A DNA stretch of 64,000 nt, taken from Eledone cirrhosa (Eukaryota). A model generated the notes under the pieces. It had not been told where the DNA came from, did not search any database, and worked only from the letters and a program-made list of their open reading frames with translations. Below are positions 42,301 through 54,486 of this stretch, one piece after another. The DNA is taken from contig OZ024766.1 of NCBI GenBank assembly GCA_964016885.1, positions 13,516,001-13,580,000 of the forward strand, read 5' to 3'. A program made the translations under genes and the position numbers. Each line of letters opens with the position of its first letter. The first letter of the stretch is position 1.

Positions 42301-43274
42301 TGTGCTGGGACAGCACGCAGCAAAAAGCCACAGGAAACAAGTACCACCAATCTCTCGGAGGGCTCTGTAGAAAGAGTAGACAGCTTCTGCTACCTAGGTG
42401 ACCGAATTAGCAGCGGAGGTGGGTGTTCAGAAAGTACAATAACTAGGGTAAGAACGGGATGGAAGAAGCTTAGGGAACTACTACCACTGCTAGCTGCAAA
42501 AGGCTTTTCCCTCAAAATGAAAGGCAGACTGTATGATGTGTGTATCCGAACAGCAATGTTGCATGGTAGTGAGACCTGGGTGCTGAAGGTGGAAGACTTA
42601 CGTAGATTAGAGAGAAACGAAGCCTGCATGCTCCGATGGATGTGTAACAGTAATATACGTGAACGACAAAGCATAAATGAATTGAGAGAGAGACTGAGCA
42701 TAAGAGGAATCAAATGCTGTGTGCAGGAGAGGCAGTTGCGTTGGTATGGACATGTGATGCGTATGAAGGATGACAGCTGCATAAAAAGGTGCAGAGCACT
42801 AGAAGTCGATGGAAACCGCGGAGTGGGGAGACCCAAGATGACCTGGGATGAGGTGGTAAAAACCGACCTTACCCAATTCCACCTCTCAAAGGCAATGACA
42901 CACGACCGTGACCTCTGGCGTCTCGCAGTAATACAGAGTACCCGACCTCCCATGGGTACAAGCTGAAGCATATAGACAATATGCGCCCACACCCTCCCCC
43001 CGCAAGGTGGTCGTGGAGGTGCCACGGCAAAAAAGCACCCAGCCCACACTGTAAAGTGGACGTGTAGGCAACACGAAAAAGCACCCAGCACTCACTGTAA
43101 ATGAGGTTGGTGTTAGGAAGGGCATCCAGCTGTAGAAATCAAGCCACATCAGTTCCTGTATGAGCAAAGCATAGTCAGCCGACCAGACACTGCCCACAAC
43201 AGGACAACCCGTCTAACCCATGCTAGCGTGGAAGAACGGACGTAAAACGGTGATGATGATGATGATGATGATGA
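39390..43274 (+). mobile_element. Near-full-length decayed RTE LINE (second subfamily)
   Basis: LRVGTINVGSM, VQETRW, SAYAPQ, NYRGIKL, YADD, PHD-like CxxC, RWYGHV; stops and frameshifts; 164-bp internal duplication at 41340-41667; (GAT)n tail; 5' boundary approximate. Confidence 0.96.
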
Positions 43275-43477
43275 CTCTATATATACTATTGTATTTTCAT
43301 GGTAAAGGCTTTACTTCACATAAGTATCTCATAATGTCGAATCTATGAGATTTTGATTTATCTATTTTGAGAAGAATACCTTAATGTCAGTATGAGTGGC
43401 CAGTTATGGCCGGTTTCAACAGAAAGAGGTGAGAGGATTCTGGTCAGATATGGCCGGTTTAAATGCTAAAGGGTTAA
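43275..43477 (+). mobile_element. TTAA-ended (piggyBac-type) MITE, left end missing
   Basis: Matches 50681-50910; ends AAAGGGTTAA. Confidence 0.8.
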
Positions 43478-43721
43478 ACACCCCAGTGTTGAAATGTGGT
43501 AGTGCTGGTGCCATGATAAAGTGCACCAAGCCTACACTGGAAAATGGAAGTGTTTGATGCTGTGATAAAATGCATCCAGCCCATACTGTAAAGTGTTAGT
43601 GTGGTACCATGATAAAAGTAGCAAGACCACCCTGGCATGTGGTAAAGGTGGTGCCATGAGGAAATGCACCCAGTACATGCTGTGAGGTAGTGTTAGGAAG
43701 GGCATCCAACAATAGAAAATA

Positions 43722-44360
43722 TGCTAGAGAAACACTGGCACACTTGGAAAATTAGAAGCACACGGGTACAGTGGGAACATCAGAGACACAGTGGGTACTC
43801 AAGAGGCACAATGGCTCACTGTGAACATCCAGAAGCACACTGGGATATTAGAGGCATACTGGCATACTGGGAACATTGGAGCACAGTGGGAACATCAGAG
43901 GCACACTGGAATATCAGTGGACACTAGGTACATAGGAGGTATACTGAGAACATCAGAGGCTCACTGGGCACATCAGAGACACACTGGGAATACAAGAGGC
44001 ACACTGGGAACATCAGAAGCACAGTAGGCACATCCGAGGCACACTAGGTATATCAGAGACACACTGGGAACACAAGAGGCATACTGGGAACATCAGAAGC
44101 ACAGTAGGTACATCAGAGGCACACTAGGTATATCAGAGACACACTGGGAACACAAGAGGCAGACTGGGAGCATCAGAGGCACAGTTGGCACATCAGAGAC
44201 ACACTGGGAACACAAGAGGCAGACTGGGAGCATCAGAGGCACAGTTGGCACATCAGAGGCACACTAGGTATATCAGAGGCACACTAGGTATATCAGAGAC
44301 ACACTGGGAACACAAGAGGCAGACTGGGAACATCAGAGGCACACATGGCACATCAGGAGG
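43722..44360. repeat. Degenerate 20-bp minisatellite
   Basis: GGCACACTGGGAACATCAGA-like units. Confidence 0.9.
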
Positions 44361-44408
44361 CACGCTGTTAATAAATGAACATTTACAGTTTAAAATAAGC
44401 ATACTAAC

Positions 44409-44546
44409 AAGCTTGGCAGTCATGACCAGTAAAACCAGGTAGACACTTGTTGTTTGGACAGTGTCCATTTTTAGGGTTACAGTTTGCACTGTCCTTGCAT
44501 TTACAGGGATTTGAACAATGGACACCAAAATAACCAGCTTTACACA
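44409..44546 (-). CDS. Multi-EGF gene exon 7 in window (138 nt, phase 1-1)
   Basis: TTAACAG|...|GTTAGT; VCKAGYFGVHCSNPCKCKDSANCNPKNGHCPNNKCLPGFTGHDCQA. Confidence 0.9.
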
Positions 44547-44667
44547 CTGTTAAAATAAAACAAACAAGTAGAAATATCTAACATTACTTTACAAATATAT
44601 ACAGGGTGCAGCATAAATACTGTTACAAAATATCAAATGAGTTTAAGTCATAATATTAATTACTTTA

Positions 44668-44848
44668 TGCTTTGCAGCATAGAGTTACGGCCCTTTATGA
44701 TCTGAGTTCAAATCCCGCCCAGATTAACTTTGCCTTTCATCCTTACTGGGTCGATAAAATAAAGTACCAGTCACACACAGGGAGCGCTTTAATAGACCCA
44801 CCCCCCCACATTTCTGGCCTTATGCTTATATAAGAAACCAATAATAAT
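44668..44848 (+). mobile_element. Nin/Deu-like SINE copy
   Basis: GAGTTCAAATCCCGCC...CCTTTCATCCTTACTGGGTCGATAAAATAAAGTACCAG. Confidence 0.82.
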
Positions 44849-44929
44849 TACTTTATTATTGATCTGATTGCTCAAATATTAACCTAATACTATATACTAA
44901 CTGTTTTGGGGGTTATATAAGGATTCATT

Positions 44930-45197
44930 GCACATTTTTTCATGTTCAGAGTTGCTGAAGCATGGAACAAATTACCTGCATCAGTTGTTAGCTACTGGGA
45001 CACTACATCCTTTAAAACCTCCATGCTTCCTGAAATTCGCCAACACTACACCTGATATCCCCCTTCCATACACACGCATGCATGTGTGTGTATTTCATGA
45101 CTCATACACTGTTCACTTTCCTGACCTTTATACATTATTCTATGTACTATATATGCACCTGAGCATTGTACACAATAATTTCATTATTATTATTATT
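44930..45197 (+). mobile_element. CR1 LINE 3' fragment
   Basis: Matches 49085-49490; (ATT)n tail. Confidence 0.85.
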
Positions 45198-45760
45198 TAA
45201 ATGTCCTTAGAATTGAAAGGAAAATTCATAATTGGACAGCATGAAAAAAAGTAGACTCCACCTCAGATTTTTATAACTGGAAAACAGCTTGAAATTAACA
45301 GAATGCTCATAAAAAGGACCATTGATCACTTCAAAGAAACTTCCTCAACAAAAGCCAAGATCAGGACGTCCTAGCACCTTCTGAACACCAAAACTAATCA
45401 AATACATGCATGAGAAAATCAGATGTAAGCCAAAAAGATTCATGAGAAAAATGGTGAAAGAGGCTGAAATTTCAGAGAGATCCATGAGGAGGCTATGTAA
45501 AGATGATCTCGAGATGTGAGAACAAAAGGAAAGCATATCAAATAAGATTTCATGGTGTTAATAGTTAATAAACATTTTATTAATTACTTTGTGCCACAAT
45601 TGTATCTAGGTACAATAAATATTGAATTTTATTTTGTAACAGTATTTATGTTGTACTATGTAGTATTATGTGGTCAGAAACTCTCAAGAAAGTTGGACAG
45701 GAGAAGGTCACCAGAGAAGAACCACCCTCTCACCTCATGCAAGGGTTTCAGCCATTAACC

Positions 45761-46053
45761 CAGGCATGGGCAACCTTTTTCGAGAAGCGGGCTGCATGAG
45801 ATATGGTTCATCATCAGGGAGGCCGCAAGCGCTAGTTTACATTTGTGCCCACATTAAAAAAAAAGGGTGATAACTCAGGTTGTTTTGATTTGTTTCTTCA
45901 GAATTCGTACACGTTGTTTTCCTTAATCGTTAAAAATTATAGAAAGATAAATTACGACTGAAAAGTTGGGGTAAAAAAATCAGAAAGATTTCACTTAGGT
46001 GATTTAGGTGAGTCATTTAGAAAGCTTCGTGGGCCGCAGGTTACCCATGACTG
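45761..46053. mobile_element. hAT-type MITE
   Basis: TIRs CAGGCATGGGCAACC / GGTTACCCATGACTG; imperfect 8-bp TSD CATTAACC / CCTTAATC. Confidence 0.75.
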
Positions 46054-46257
46054 CCTTAATCTATTTAACATTTACATTACTGTGTTTAAGTGTGTGTGAG
46101 TGAGTCCATTTGTGTGTTTTAATGTGAGTGTGTTTGTGTGTTTTAGTGTGTGAGTACATTTGAGCATTTAAGAGTGTGAAAGAGTATGTGTGTGAGTGTG
46201 TTTGTGTGTTTTAGAGTGTGAGTGCATGTGTGTGTTTATGTGTATGTGTGTGTGAAC

Positions 46258-47410
46258 TCTTTTATTCACCTCTTACAATAGGAAAGGACACTGTGCCAGT
46301 TATTTTGTGTCTCAACTAATTGCAACAAAGCTAATAAACTTTCATGCTCTATTTAACACTAACACAAGTGTAAATGGTGTTAAACTTACAATCATGTTCT
46401 GGGTTTCATTCTTGGACTGGGTTGTGTGTTATGTTCTTGAGCAAAACATTATACTCAGTATGTATGTATGGTCCTGTAACTCCTGACAGAGTCGTAGAGG
46501 TGCCGTATTAACAGACATCATTTCTTGGGTATTTTAAGCCAGGCGGAGCCCATCCCTGTCCAGGCCTGAATACAGCAGATTTCTTCCAGAGAAAGATAGA
46601 AAGTGAGAGAGAGGAAATGAGAAAGAGATATAGAAGAAGAATCGACCCCAGTACTAGACTGGTACTTTTTTATTGACATCAAAAGGATGAAAGGCAAAGT
46701 TGACCTCAGCGGGATTTGAACTCAGAGAGCAGAGAGTCGGAACGAATACCACAAAGCATTCTATCTGATGTTCTAACGACTCTGCCAATTCACTGCCTAT
46801 ATACTCAGTATACTCAGTTGGAAATGAGTATCAACAATTGCTGGGGGGTTTTCTCTGCAATGGACTGGTGTCCTGTCCAGGCTGGAATTGTTTACTGTCA
46901 GTCACTTAACACCATGGAAACCAAGGTAAACACTGGCCTGATTAGCATCCAGGCTTGAGACAGACTTTAGACTCAGAACAAGTAACAGCCAAATTATAGA
47001 TTAGTATGATAAAAAGGAAAGGACACATTAAATAGTGTAGTCCTAGTTATGCAATGCCTGAGAGAAGGGTGGAATGTGCTTATCTCGGTTTCCATGGTGT
47101 GAAGCAACTGAGAGTACAGAATTCCATCCTGCACAGGACAGGTGTCCTGTGCAGGATGGAATTTAAAATCCCCCAGCAATTGCTGGTACTCATTTTCAAC
47201 TGAGTATACTACGCAAGAATGTTTTGCTTAAGAACGCAATGCACATCCAAGTCCAGGAATCAAACCCACAACATTATGATTGTAAATCCAACAGCTTTAC
47301 CACTTGTGTTAGTGTTAGATAGAGATGACAGTTCATTGATCTCATAACTAGTTTAAACTGTAAACAACTGACACAGTGTCCTTACATATTATAAAGAGGT
47401 GAATAAAAGA
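46258..47410. repeat. Diverged inverted duplication containing CORE-like SINE copies; left arm carries a Nin-type SINE (46640-46797, minus)
   Basis: TCTTTTATTCACCTCTT...AACACTAACACAAGTG matches the reverse complement CACTTGTGTTAGTGTT...AAGAGGTGAATAAAAGA. Confidence 0.7.
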
Positions 47411-47529
47411 TATTGAAAAAGATACTGTCAATTCACCAGCTTTTATTTTAATTTACAAATCTGCCCCCCCCCCCTCACTCCCATAAAAAAAAAAGAAAGA
47501 ATGGAAATTCGATATTTAGTTTTACTCAC

Positions 47530-47550
47530 CATTTTGGCAGTTTCTTCCTT
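47530..47550 (-). pseudogene. 3' piece (21 nt) of EGF exon 6, separated by the CR1 insertion
   Basis: AAGGAAGAAACTGCCAAAATG|GTGAGT = (K)GRNCQN plus donor. Confidence 0.85.
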
Positions 47551-49493
47551 GTACTGCACTGAGCTACAGCGCCCAAACTGGCATGAGATGTATAACTCTG
47601 GAGATGTGAACTCTATACTCCAGAGCATCCTGGACTCAATATGGATAGCGTGTGCAGCATCAGTGCCACGGAAGCGGAAAAATAACCACCCCAAAAGTGC
47701 AATCTGGGAAACTTCAGCGGTCCGACTTGCCAGGAAAGAACGTCGGAATGCTGAACGGGAATATAAACTGCATAGATCAGATGCCAACAGAAAAAAGCGG
47801 AATAAATCTTCTAACCATCTCAAGCAAGTGACAAAGAAGGCAGTGCTTGAATTTGAACAGTGCATCGCAACCAATCCTGACAGTAAGGTGTTCTGGAAAT
47901 ATGTTCATTCAAAGCAGAGACCTCACTCTCCAGTTGGTCCTCTTCGCAATCCCCACACAAGCCAGATCACTGACGATCCCAAGGAATGCGCAGAACTCAT
48001 TGCTGAGTGCTATGAAGTATTTTTACTGTTGAAAACCAGAATGTACCATCTTCACCATCTCTAACATCAAATTCCATAACAACTATGGAATTTACACCTG
48101 CAATGTTGCGACGTCACCTTAAGAATAAGCGCAACTATGCCTCCCCTGGTCTTGATGGTGTGACATACCTGCTTCTCAAACGTGGCGAGGATTTCCTTTT
48201 GCGCCAGCTTTCTTTTTTCTTTCAATACTGTCTCAGCAATGGTGCTACTCCGGAGCAGTGGAAAACTGCCAGTGTCATTCCCCTGTTCAAAAAGGGCAAC
48301 CGCATGTCACCTGTCAACTATCGTCCAGTCAGTCTTACTAGCTGTATGGCCAAACTGATGGAATCCTGTGTCAGAGAAACACTTTGGAACTTCTGGAGCT
48401 CTCACAGCCTCATCCGGCCCTCACAGTTTGGATTTATCCCTAACTCCAGCTGCTGTGATCAGCTTATCGAGTTCCTTGAGGACATCACCCGGATCACTGA
48501 CAGCGGCTCATGGGTGGATGTTGTTTATCTTGACTTTGCAAAGGCTTTTAATTCTGTGCCACACAAAAGACTTATGGCAAAACTCTCTGCAATGGGTGTG
48601 AGGGATGATCTTTTCGACTGGCTGAAATCCTTCATTCTCAGCCGAAAGGAAGTAGTCACGGTTCTAGGACAGCATTCTTCACCATATGAGATGTCATCTG
48701 GTGTACCACAGGGATCTGTTCTTGGTCCTCTTTTGCCATCTATTTAAAACTGTATACAGCTATGGTGCGACCACACTTGGAATTCGCATCATCAGTCTGG
48801 AACCCCTATCTTGCTCGGAACATTGACCTCCTGGAAACTGTTCAGAGACGTGCAACCAAGCGCATACTCTCCATCAGACACCTACCATACTCTGAACGCC
48901 TTGCTTCCCTGGGCATGGATTCATTGAAGCTCCGACGTCTGGCAATGGACTTGGTGAATACCCACAAAGTTTTTAACCATCTCGCCAACTGCAACCCTGA
49001 GCGCCTCTTTGATCTCCATGTGTCTAACACACGTGGACATGCCTACAAGATAAGAAAACAGCACAGCTCCCATGACTTTCGCAGACATTTTTTCACGCTC
49101 AGAGTTGCTGAAGCATGGAACAAACTGCCTGCGTCAATTGTTAGCTGCCGAGACACTGCATCCTTTAAGACACTCATGCTTCCCGAAATACGCCAAAACT
49201 ACACCTGATGTGCCCCTTCCATACACATGCACACATGTGTGTATCATGACTCGTGCACTGTTCATTTTACTGATGTTTGTGCATTGCCCTATGTACTGTA
49301 CATGCACTTTTTTGATGGGTTGTGGGGCACCTGGGCACTGTGCACAATATTTCATTATTGTTATTGTTATTATATCATGACTCATACACTGTTTATTTTC
49401 CTGACATTTGTACATTATTCTATGTACTATACATGCACCTTTGATGAGTTGTAGTGCACCTGAGCACTGTACACAATAATTTCATTATTATTA
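47551..49493 (+). mobile_element. 5'-truncated CR1-clade LINE with an internal RT deletion and duplicated 3' end
   Basis: ASPGLDG, WKTASVIPLFKKG, NYRPVSLTS, YLDFAKAFNSVPH, GVPQGSVLGP, VRPHLEF, VQRRATK, TRGH, VAEAWNKLP; (ATT)n tail. Confidence 0.95.
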
Positions 49494-49610
49494 TAAAACC
49501 AGCAACACATCTTCCGTCAGAACATATTCCTGTCACTGAGTCACATTTGTTGCTGTCTACACAGTGACATATACCTTCACAGTTGCTGCCAAATCTACCA
49601 TTCTGGCAGA
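49494..49610 (-). pseudogene. 5' piece (117 nt) of EGF exon 6
   Basis: TTTGAAAG|TC TGC...; VCQNGRFGSNCEGICHCVDSNKCDSVTGICSDGRCVAGF, then LINE tail. Confidence 0.88.
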
Positions 49611-49897
49611 CTTTCAAAGAAACAAAAACATTGTTTGTTAATAAAAAAAAAAGCAAACCCTTTTTTTTTCAGAAACTTCTGGCGGAATCCCAAAGTCTCA
49701 TATTTTTATATGGTTTGAATATAAATATACTTCTCTACCTTTTTTTCATGGAACCCCAGACATTCCTTTGCAGAACCCTTGGGTTCCATGGATCCCACTT
49801 TGGGAATGACTAATAAAGAACAACCTAAAGTTTTGAGAGATAAAACAAGAATTCATATATGTTGCACAGAGTAATTAGCTTCTTTCATTTCACTCAC

Positions 49898-50035
49898 CTG
49901 TTTGACAGTTGTTACCTTTATAGCCAGGTGTACACCCACCACTCGAACAGGTACCAGATTTAGGGTTACACGTGCTATTGTCATAGCAGTGACAGCTATA
50001 GCTACAATCTTTACCAAACTTGCCACTGGAGCACT
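49898..50035 (-). CDS. Multi-EGF gene exon 5 (138 nt)
   Basis: TTTCAG|...|GTGAGT; ECSSGKFGKDCSYSCHCYDNSTCNPKSGTCSSGGCTPGYKGNNCQT. Confidence 0.92.
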
Positions 50036-50081
50036 CTGAAATATAGAGCTATTATTTATTATTTATTCATGAGTGAATAAG

Positions 50082-50272
50082 AATTGTTTCCACTTTTGAC
50101 ACAAGGCCAGCAATTACCCCAGTGCATTACTGGTACTTTATTTTATCGACCCCGTAAGGACGAAAGGCAAAGTTAACCTTGGCGGGATTTGAACTCAGAC
50201 CGTAAAGAACCATAACTCTATGCTGCAAAGCATGGCATCCGACGCTCTACCGATACTGCCAATCCACCACCC
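50082..50272 (-). mobile_element. Nin/Deu-like SINE copy
   Basis: Reverse complement of 38899-39088. Confidence 0.85.
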
Positions 50273-50680
50273 TCGCGATTCAATAATAATTATTTCTACT
50301 TTTTGCACAAGGCTAGCAATTATCCCAGTGTATTACTGGTACTTTATTAGTAATACACTGGATAACAATAATGTTATAATAGTATTATAATATCATTAAT
50401 ATTCAGTTTGTTTGCCAGCAAACAGCCTCATAAACACCACGTGTGTTTTCTAGATGAACAATGTCATCCTTTTGTTGTAAAAGGGAAAGAAATGGGAAGA
50501 ACTGTTGGAGTGTTTGTTGGATGAAATGCTTTGCAGAACTTCTGAGTTCTGAGTTCAAATCTTGCTCAGGTCAAACTTGAATGTCATTTTTACAAGCTTG
50601 ATAAAATAATGTACCAGTTAAATACTGGGGTAGATATAATCAACTGACTTTCTCTTTACTCCAAAATTAAGAAATCATTA

Positions 50681-50910
50681 TTAACCCTTTACCATTCACA
50701 TTACTCTATATATACTATTGTGTATTTTCATGGTAAAGGCTTTATCTCACATAATTATCTCACATAATATCGAATCTATGAGATTTTGAAAGTATTTATT
50801 TTGAGAACAATACCTTCACATCAGTTTGAGCGACCAGTTACAGCCAATATCAACAGAAAGAGGTAGAGAATTCTGGCCGGTTTGGGCCGGTTTGAACACG
50901 AAAGGGTTAA
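50681..50910 (+). mobile_element. Complete TTAA-ended (piggyBac-type) MITE
   Basis: TTAACCCTTT...AAAGGGTTAA termini; other copies at 43275 and 57352. Confidence 0.85.
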
Positions 50911-51639
50911 TTAAAAACATTGGTACATTTGTGCTTTACATAGGTTTGGCTTGGTTTTACTGGTTGGGTATTCCTCTTGTAACCAACCACTTTACTGAGG
51001 GGCCTGGGTGCACCAGTTCTTGAGAGGTTGTACTAATTAGGGTGGCACCAAGTGGATACAAAATGTGGGACGAAAAGAAGAGAGAGGAGTCAGTTGAAAA
51101 TGTCTGAGTGGAGGTGGCATAAACCTAGAATACTCCGAGGAACAGAGTCCAATATAGTAGTGGTGGAAAGCAGGAGGAGAAGGCACATGGGGAGAGTATC
51201 AGTGAAGAAGAGAAAAAATGGTGTATCCATTTGGTTTATAGTCAAGTTTTATTTTTTTTAAACAAGCACCTTTATAGGCTTAGTCGGCCTCCTATGAGGT
51301 TGTCACCCCATAGGAAGTATTCTGGGTGTTTCAATGGTAAGGACACCATGCCTATCATGTTGTTGTTACAGCTCACATTTATGTAGGTTTGGCTGGCCCC
51401 CTACAAGGATGCACTCCATAGGAAATATTCTGGGTGTTTTAATAATAAGGACCCCAGGCCTATCATGTTGTTACAGCTCTACCTATGTAGGTTTAACTGG
51501 CCTCTGACAAAAATGCACCCCAAAGGAGCCTCGGTCTTTTCATGTCACTCTTTCCTTGGTAAGTTTGGAATCTCACTTTGAAGTGCCATGTACTCACCTA
51601 GAAATACAAATAGCATAGAAGATCTACTGAATGACTCAC

Positions 51640-51777
51640 CTGTCTGACAATTGCTACCTTGATAGCCAGCTTCACAGCCACCACTGGAACATACACCTGT
51701 GATGGGGTCACACTTGCTGTTGTTGGCACAGTGACATAAGTTAATACAGTTGTCACCAAATTTACCACTTCTACACT
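51640..51777 (-). CDS. Multi-EGF gene exon 4 (138 nt)
   Basis: CCCAG|...|GTGAGT; ECRSGKFGDNCINLCHCANNSKCDPITGVCSSGGCEAGYQGSNCQT. Confidence 0.92.
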
Positions 51778-51819
51778 CTGGGTACATTAAATATGAAGAA
51801 TATAGAAGTTAGATGGAAT

Positions 51820-52715
51820 GAGATGTGAAATGTATGTGATATACAATGTATGAGTTGTGAAATGTATGGGATGTGAAATGTAAGGATGTGAAATGTAGTA
51901 GATATGAAATGTAAGAGATGTGAAATGTAAGAGATGTGAAATGTAAGAGATGTGAAATGTCGGAGATGTGAAATGTAAGGATGTGAAATGTAGGAGATGT
52001 GAAATGTAGGAGATGTGAAATGTAGTAGATGTGAAATGTAAGAGATGTGAAATGTAGGAGATGTGAAATGTAGGAGATGTGAAATGTAGTAGATGTGAAA
52101 TGTAAGAGATGTGAAATGTAGGAGATGTGAAATGTAAGGATGTGAAATGTAGCAGATGTGAAATGAAAGGATGTGAAATGTAAGAGATGTGAAATGTAGG
52201 AGATGTGAAATGTAAGAGATGTGAAATGTAGGAGATGTGAAATGTAGGATATGTGAACTGTAAGGATGTGAAATGTAAGATATGTGAAATGTAAGAGATG
52301 TGAAATGTAGGAGATGTGAAATGTAAGAGATGTGAAATGTAGGAGATGTGAAATGTAGGAGATGTGAAAGGTAAGAGATGTGAAATGTAGGAGATGTGAA
52401 ATGTAGGAGATGTGAAATGTAAGAGATGTGAAATGTAGGAGATGTGAAATGTAGGAGATGTGAAATGTAAGGATGTGAAATGTAAGAGATGTGAAATGTA
52501 GGTGATGTGAAATGTAGGAGATGTGAAATGTAGGAGATGTGAAATGTAAGAGATGTGAAATGTAGATGTGAAATGTAAGAGATGTGAAATGTAGGAGATG
52601 TGAAATGTAGATGTGAAATGTAAGGGATGTGAAATGTAGGAGATGTGAAATGTAGGAGATGTGAAATGTAAAGGTGTGGATTGTATAATGTGAAATATAG
52701 ATGTGAAATGTAGAG
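51820..52715. repeat. ~16-bp minisatellite
   Basis: GAGATGTGAAATGTA(A/G) units. Confidence 0.95.
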
Positions 52716-52776
52716 AATGTACAAAAATAACAGTAAACATCAATAACAACAACAGCAACCATCATCAACAACAATA

Positions 52777-53597
52777 GTGGTGGTGGTGGTAATGGAGGTG
52801 GTGGTGGTAGTGGTGGTGCTGTTAGTGGAGGTGGTGGTGGTAGTGGTGGTGGTGGTCGATGTGGTGGTGGCGGTGGTGGCAGTGGTGGTGGTAGTGGTAG
52901 TGGTGGTGGTGGTGGTAGTGGTGGTGGTGGTGGTGGTGGTAGTGGTAGTGGTGGTAGTGGTGGTGGTAGTGGTGGTGGTGGTGGTGGTGGTAGTGGTGGT
53001 GGTGGTGGTGGTAGTGGTAGTGGTGGTGGTAGTGGTGGTAGTGGTGGTGGTGGTGGTAGTGATGGTGGTGGTAGTGGTTGTAGTAATGGCAGTGGTGGTA
53101 GTGGAGGTGATGGTGATGGTGGTGGTGGTAGTGGTGGTGGTGGTAGTGGTTGTAGTAATGGCAGTGGTGGTAGTGGAGGTGGTCGTGATGGTGGTGGTGG
53201 TGGTGGTGGTAGTGGTGGTGGTAGTGGTGGTGGTAATGGCAGTGGTGGTAGTGGAGGTGATGGTGATGGTGGTGGTGGTAGTGGTGGTGGTGGTCGATGT
53301 GGTGGTGGCGGTAGTGATGGTGGTGGTAGTGGTTGTAGTAATGGCAGTGGTGGTAGTGGAGGTGGTGGTGATGGTGGTGGTGGTGGTGGTGGTAGTGGTG
53401 GTGGTAGTGGTGGTAGTGGTGGTGGTGGTGGAGGTGGTGGTAGTGGAGGTGGTGGTGGTGGTGGTGGTGGTGGTGGTGGTGGTAGTGGTGGTGGTGGTGG
53501 TAGTGGTGGTGGTAGTGGTGGTGGTAGTGGTGGTGGTGGTGGTGGTAGTGGTGGTAGTGGTGGTAGTAGTGGTGGTAGTGGTGGTAGTGGTGGTGGT

Positions 53598-53628
<31 letters not shown>

Positions 53629-54455
53629 GTGGTGGTGGTAGTGGTGGTGGTGGTAGTAGAGGTGGTGGTGGTGGAGGTGGTGGTAGTGGAGGTGGTGGTG
53701 GTGGCTGTGGTGGTAGTGGTGGTAGTGGTGGTGGTAGTGGTGGTGGTGGTGGTGGTAGTGGTGGTGGTGGTGGTGGTAGTGGTAGTGGTGGTAGTGGTGG
53801 TAGTAGTGGTGGTGGTGGTGGTGGTAGTGGTGGTGGTGGTGGTGGTAGTGGTAGTGGTGGTGGTGGTAGTGGTGGTAGTGGTGGTGGTGATGGTGGTGGT
53901 AGTGATGGTTGTGGTAGTGGTTGTAGTAATGGCAGTGGTGGTAGTGGTGGTGGTAATGGCAGTGGTGGTAGTGGAGGTGATGGTGATGGTGGTGGTGGTA
54001 GTGGTGGTGGTGGTCGATGTGGTGGCGGTAGTGATGGTGGTGGTAGTGGTTGTAGTAATGGCAGTGGTGGTAGTGGAGGTGGTGGTGATGGTGGTGGTGG
54101 TGGTGGTAGTGGTGGTAGTGGTGGAAGTGGTGGTGGTAGTGGTGGTAGTGGTGGTGGTGGTGGTGGTGGTGGTGGTGGTGGTAGTGGTGGTGGTAGTGGA
54201 GATGGGGGTGGTAGTGGTGGTGGTGGTAGTAGATGTGGTGGTGGTGGAGGTGGTGGTAGTGGAGGTGGTGGTGGTGGTGGTGGTGGTGGTAGTGGTAGTG
54301 GAGGTGGTGGTGGAGGTGGTAGTGGTTGTAGTAATGGCAGTGGTGGTAGTGGAGGTGGTGGTGATGGTGGTGGTGGTGGTGGTGGTGGTGGTAGTGGTGG
54401 TGGTAGTGGTGGTAGTGGTGGTGGTAGTGGTGGTGGTGGTGGTGGTGGTAGTGGT

Positions 54456-54486
<31 letters not shown>

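Larger units (their letters stand above)
44600..45520 (+). pseudogene. Tc1/mariner-like transposon relic interrupted by SINE and CR1 pieces
   Basis: TA-CAGGGTG terminus at 44600; PRSGRP...EKIRCKPKRFMRKMVKEAEISERSMRRLCKDDL HTH-like fragment at ~45300-45512. Confidence 0.6.

Noticed and set aside
47501-48064. ORF with a signal-peptide-like N-terminus
   Set aside because: Chance fusion of antisense exon/intron sequence to CR1 linker coding sequence
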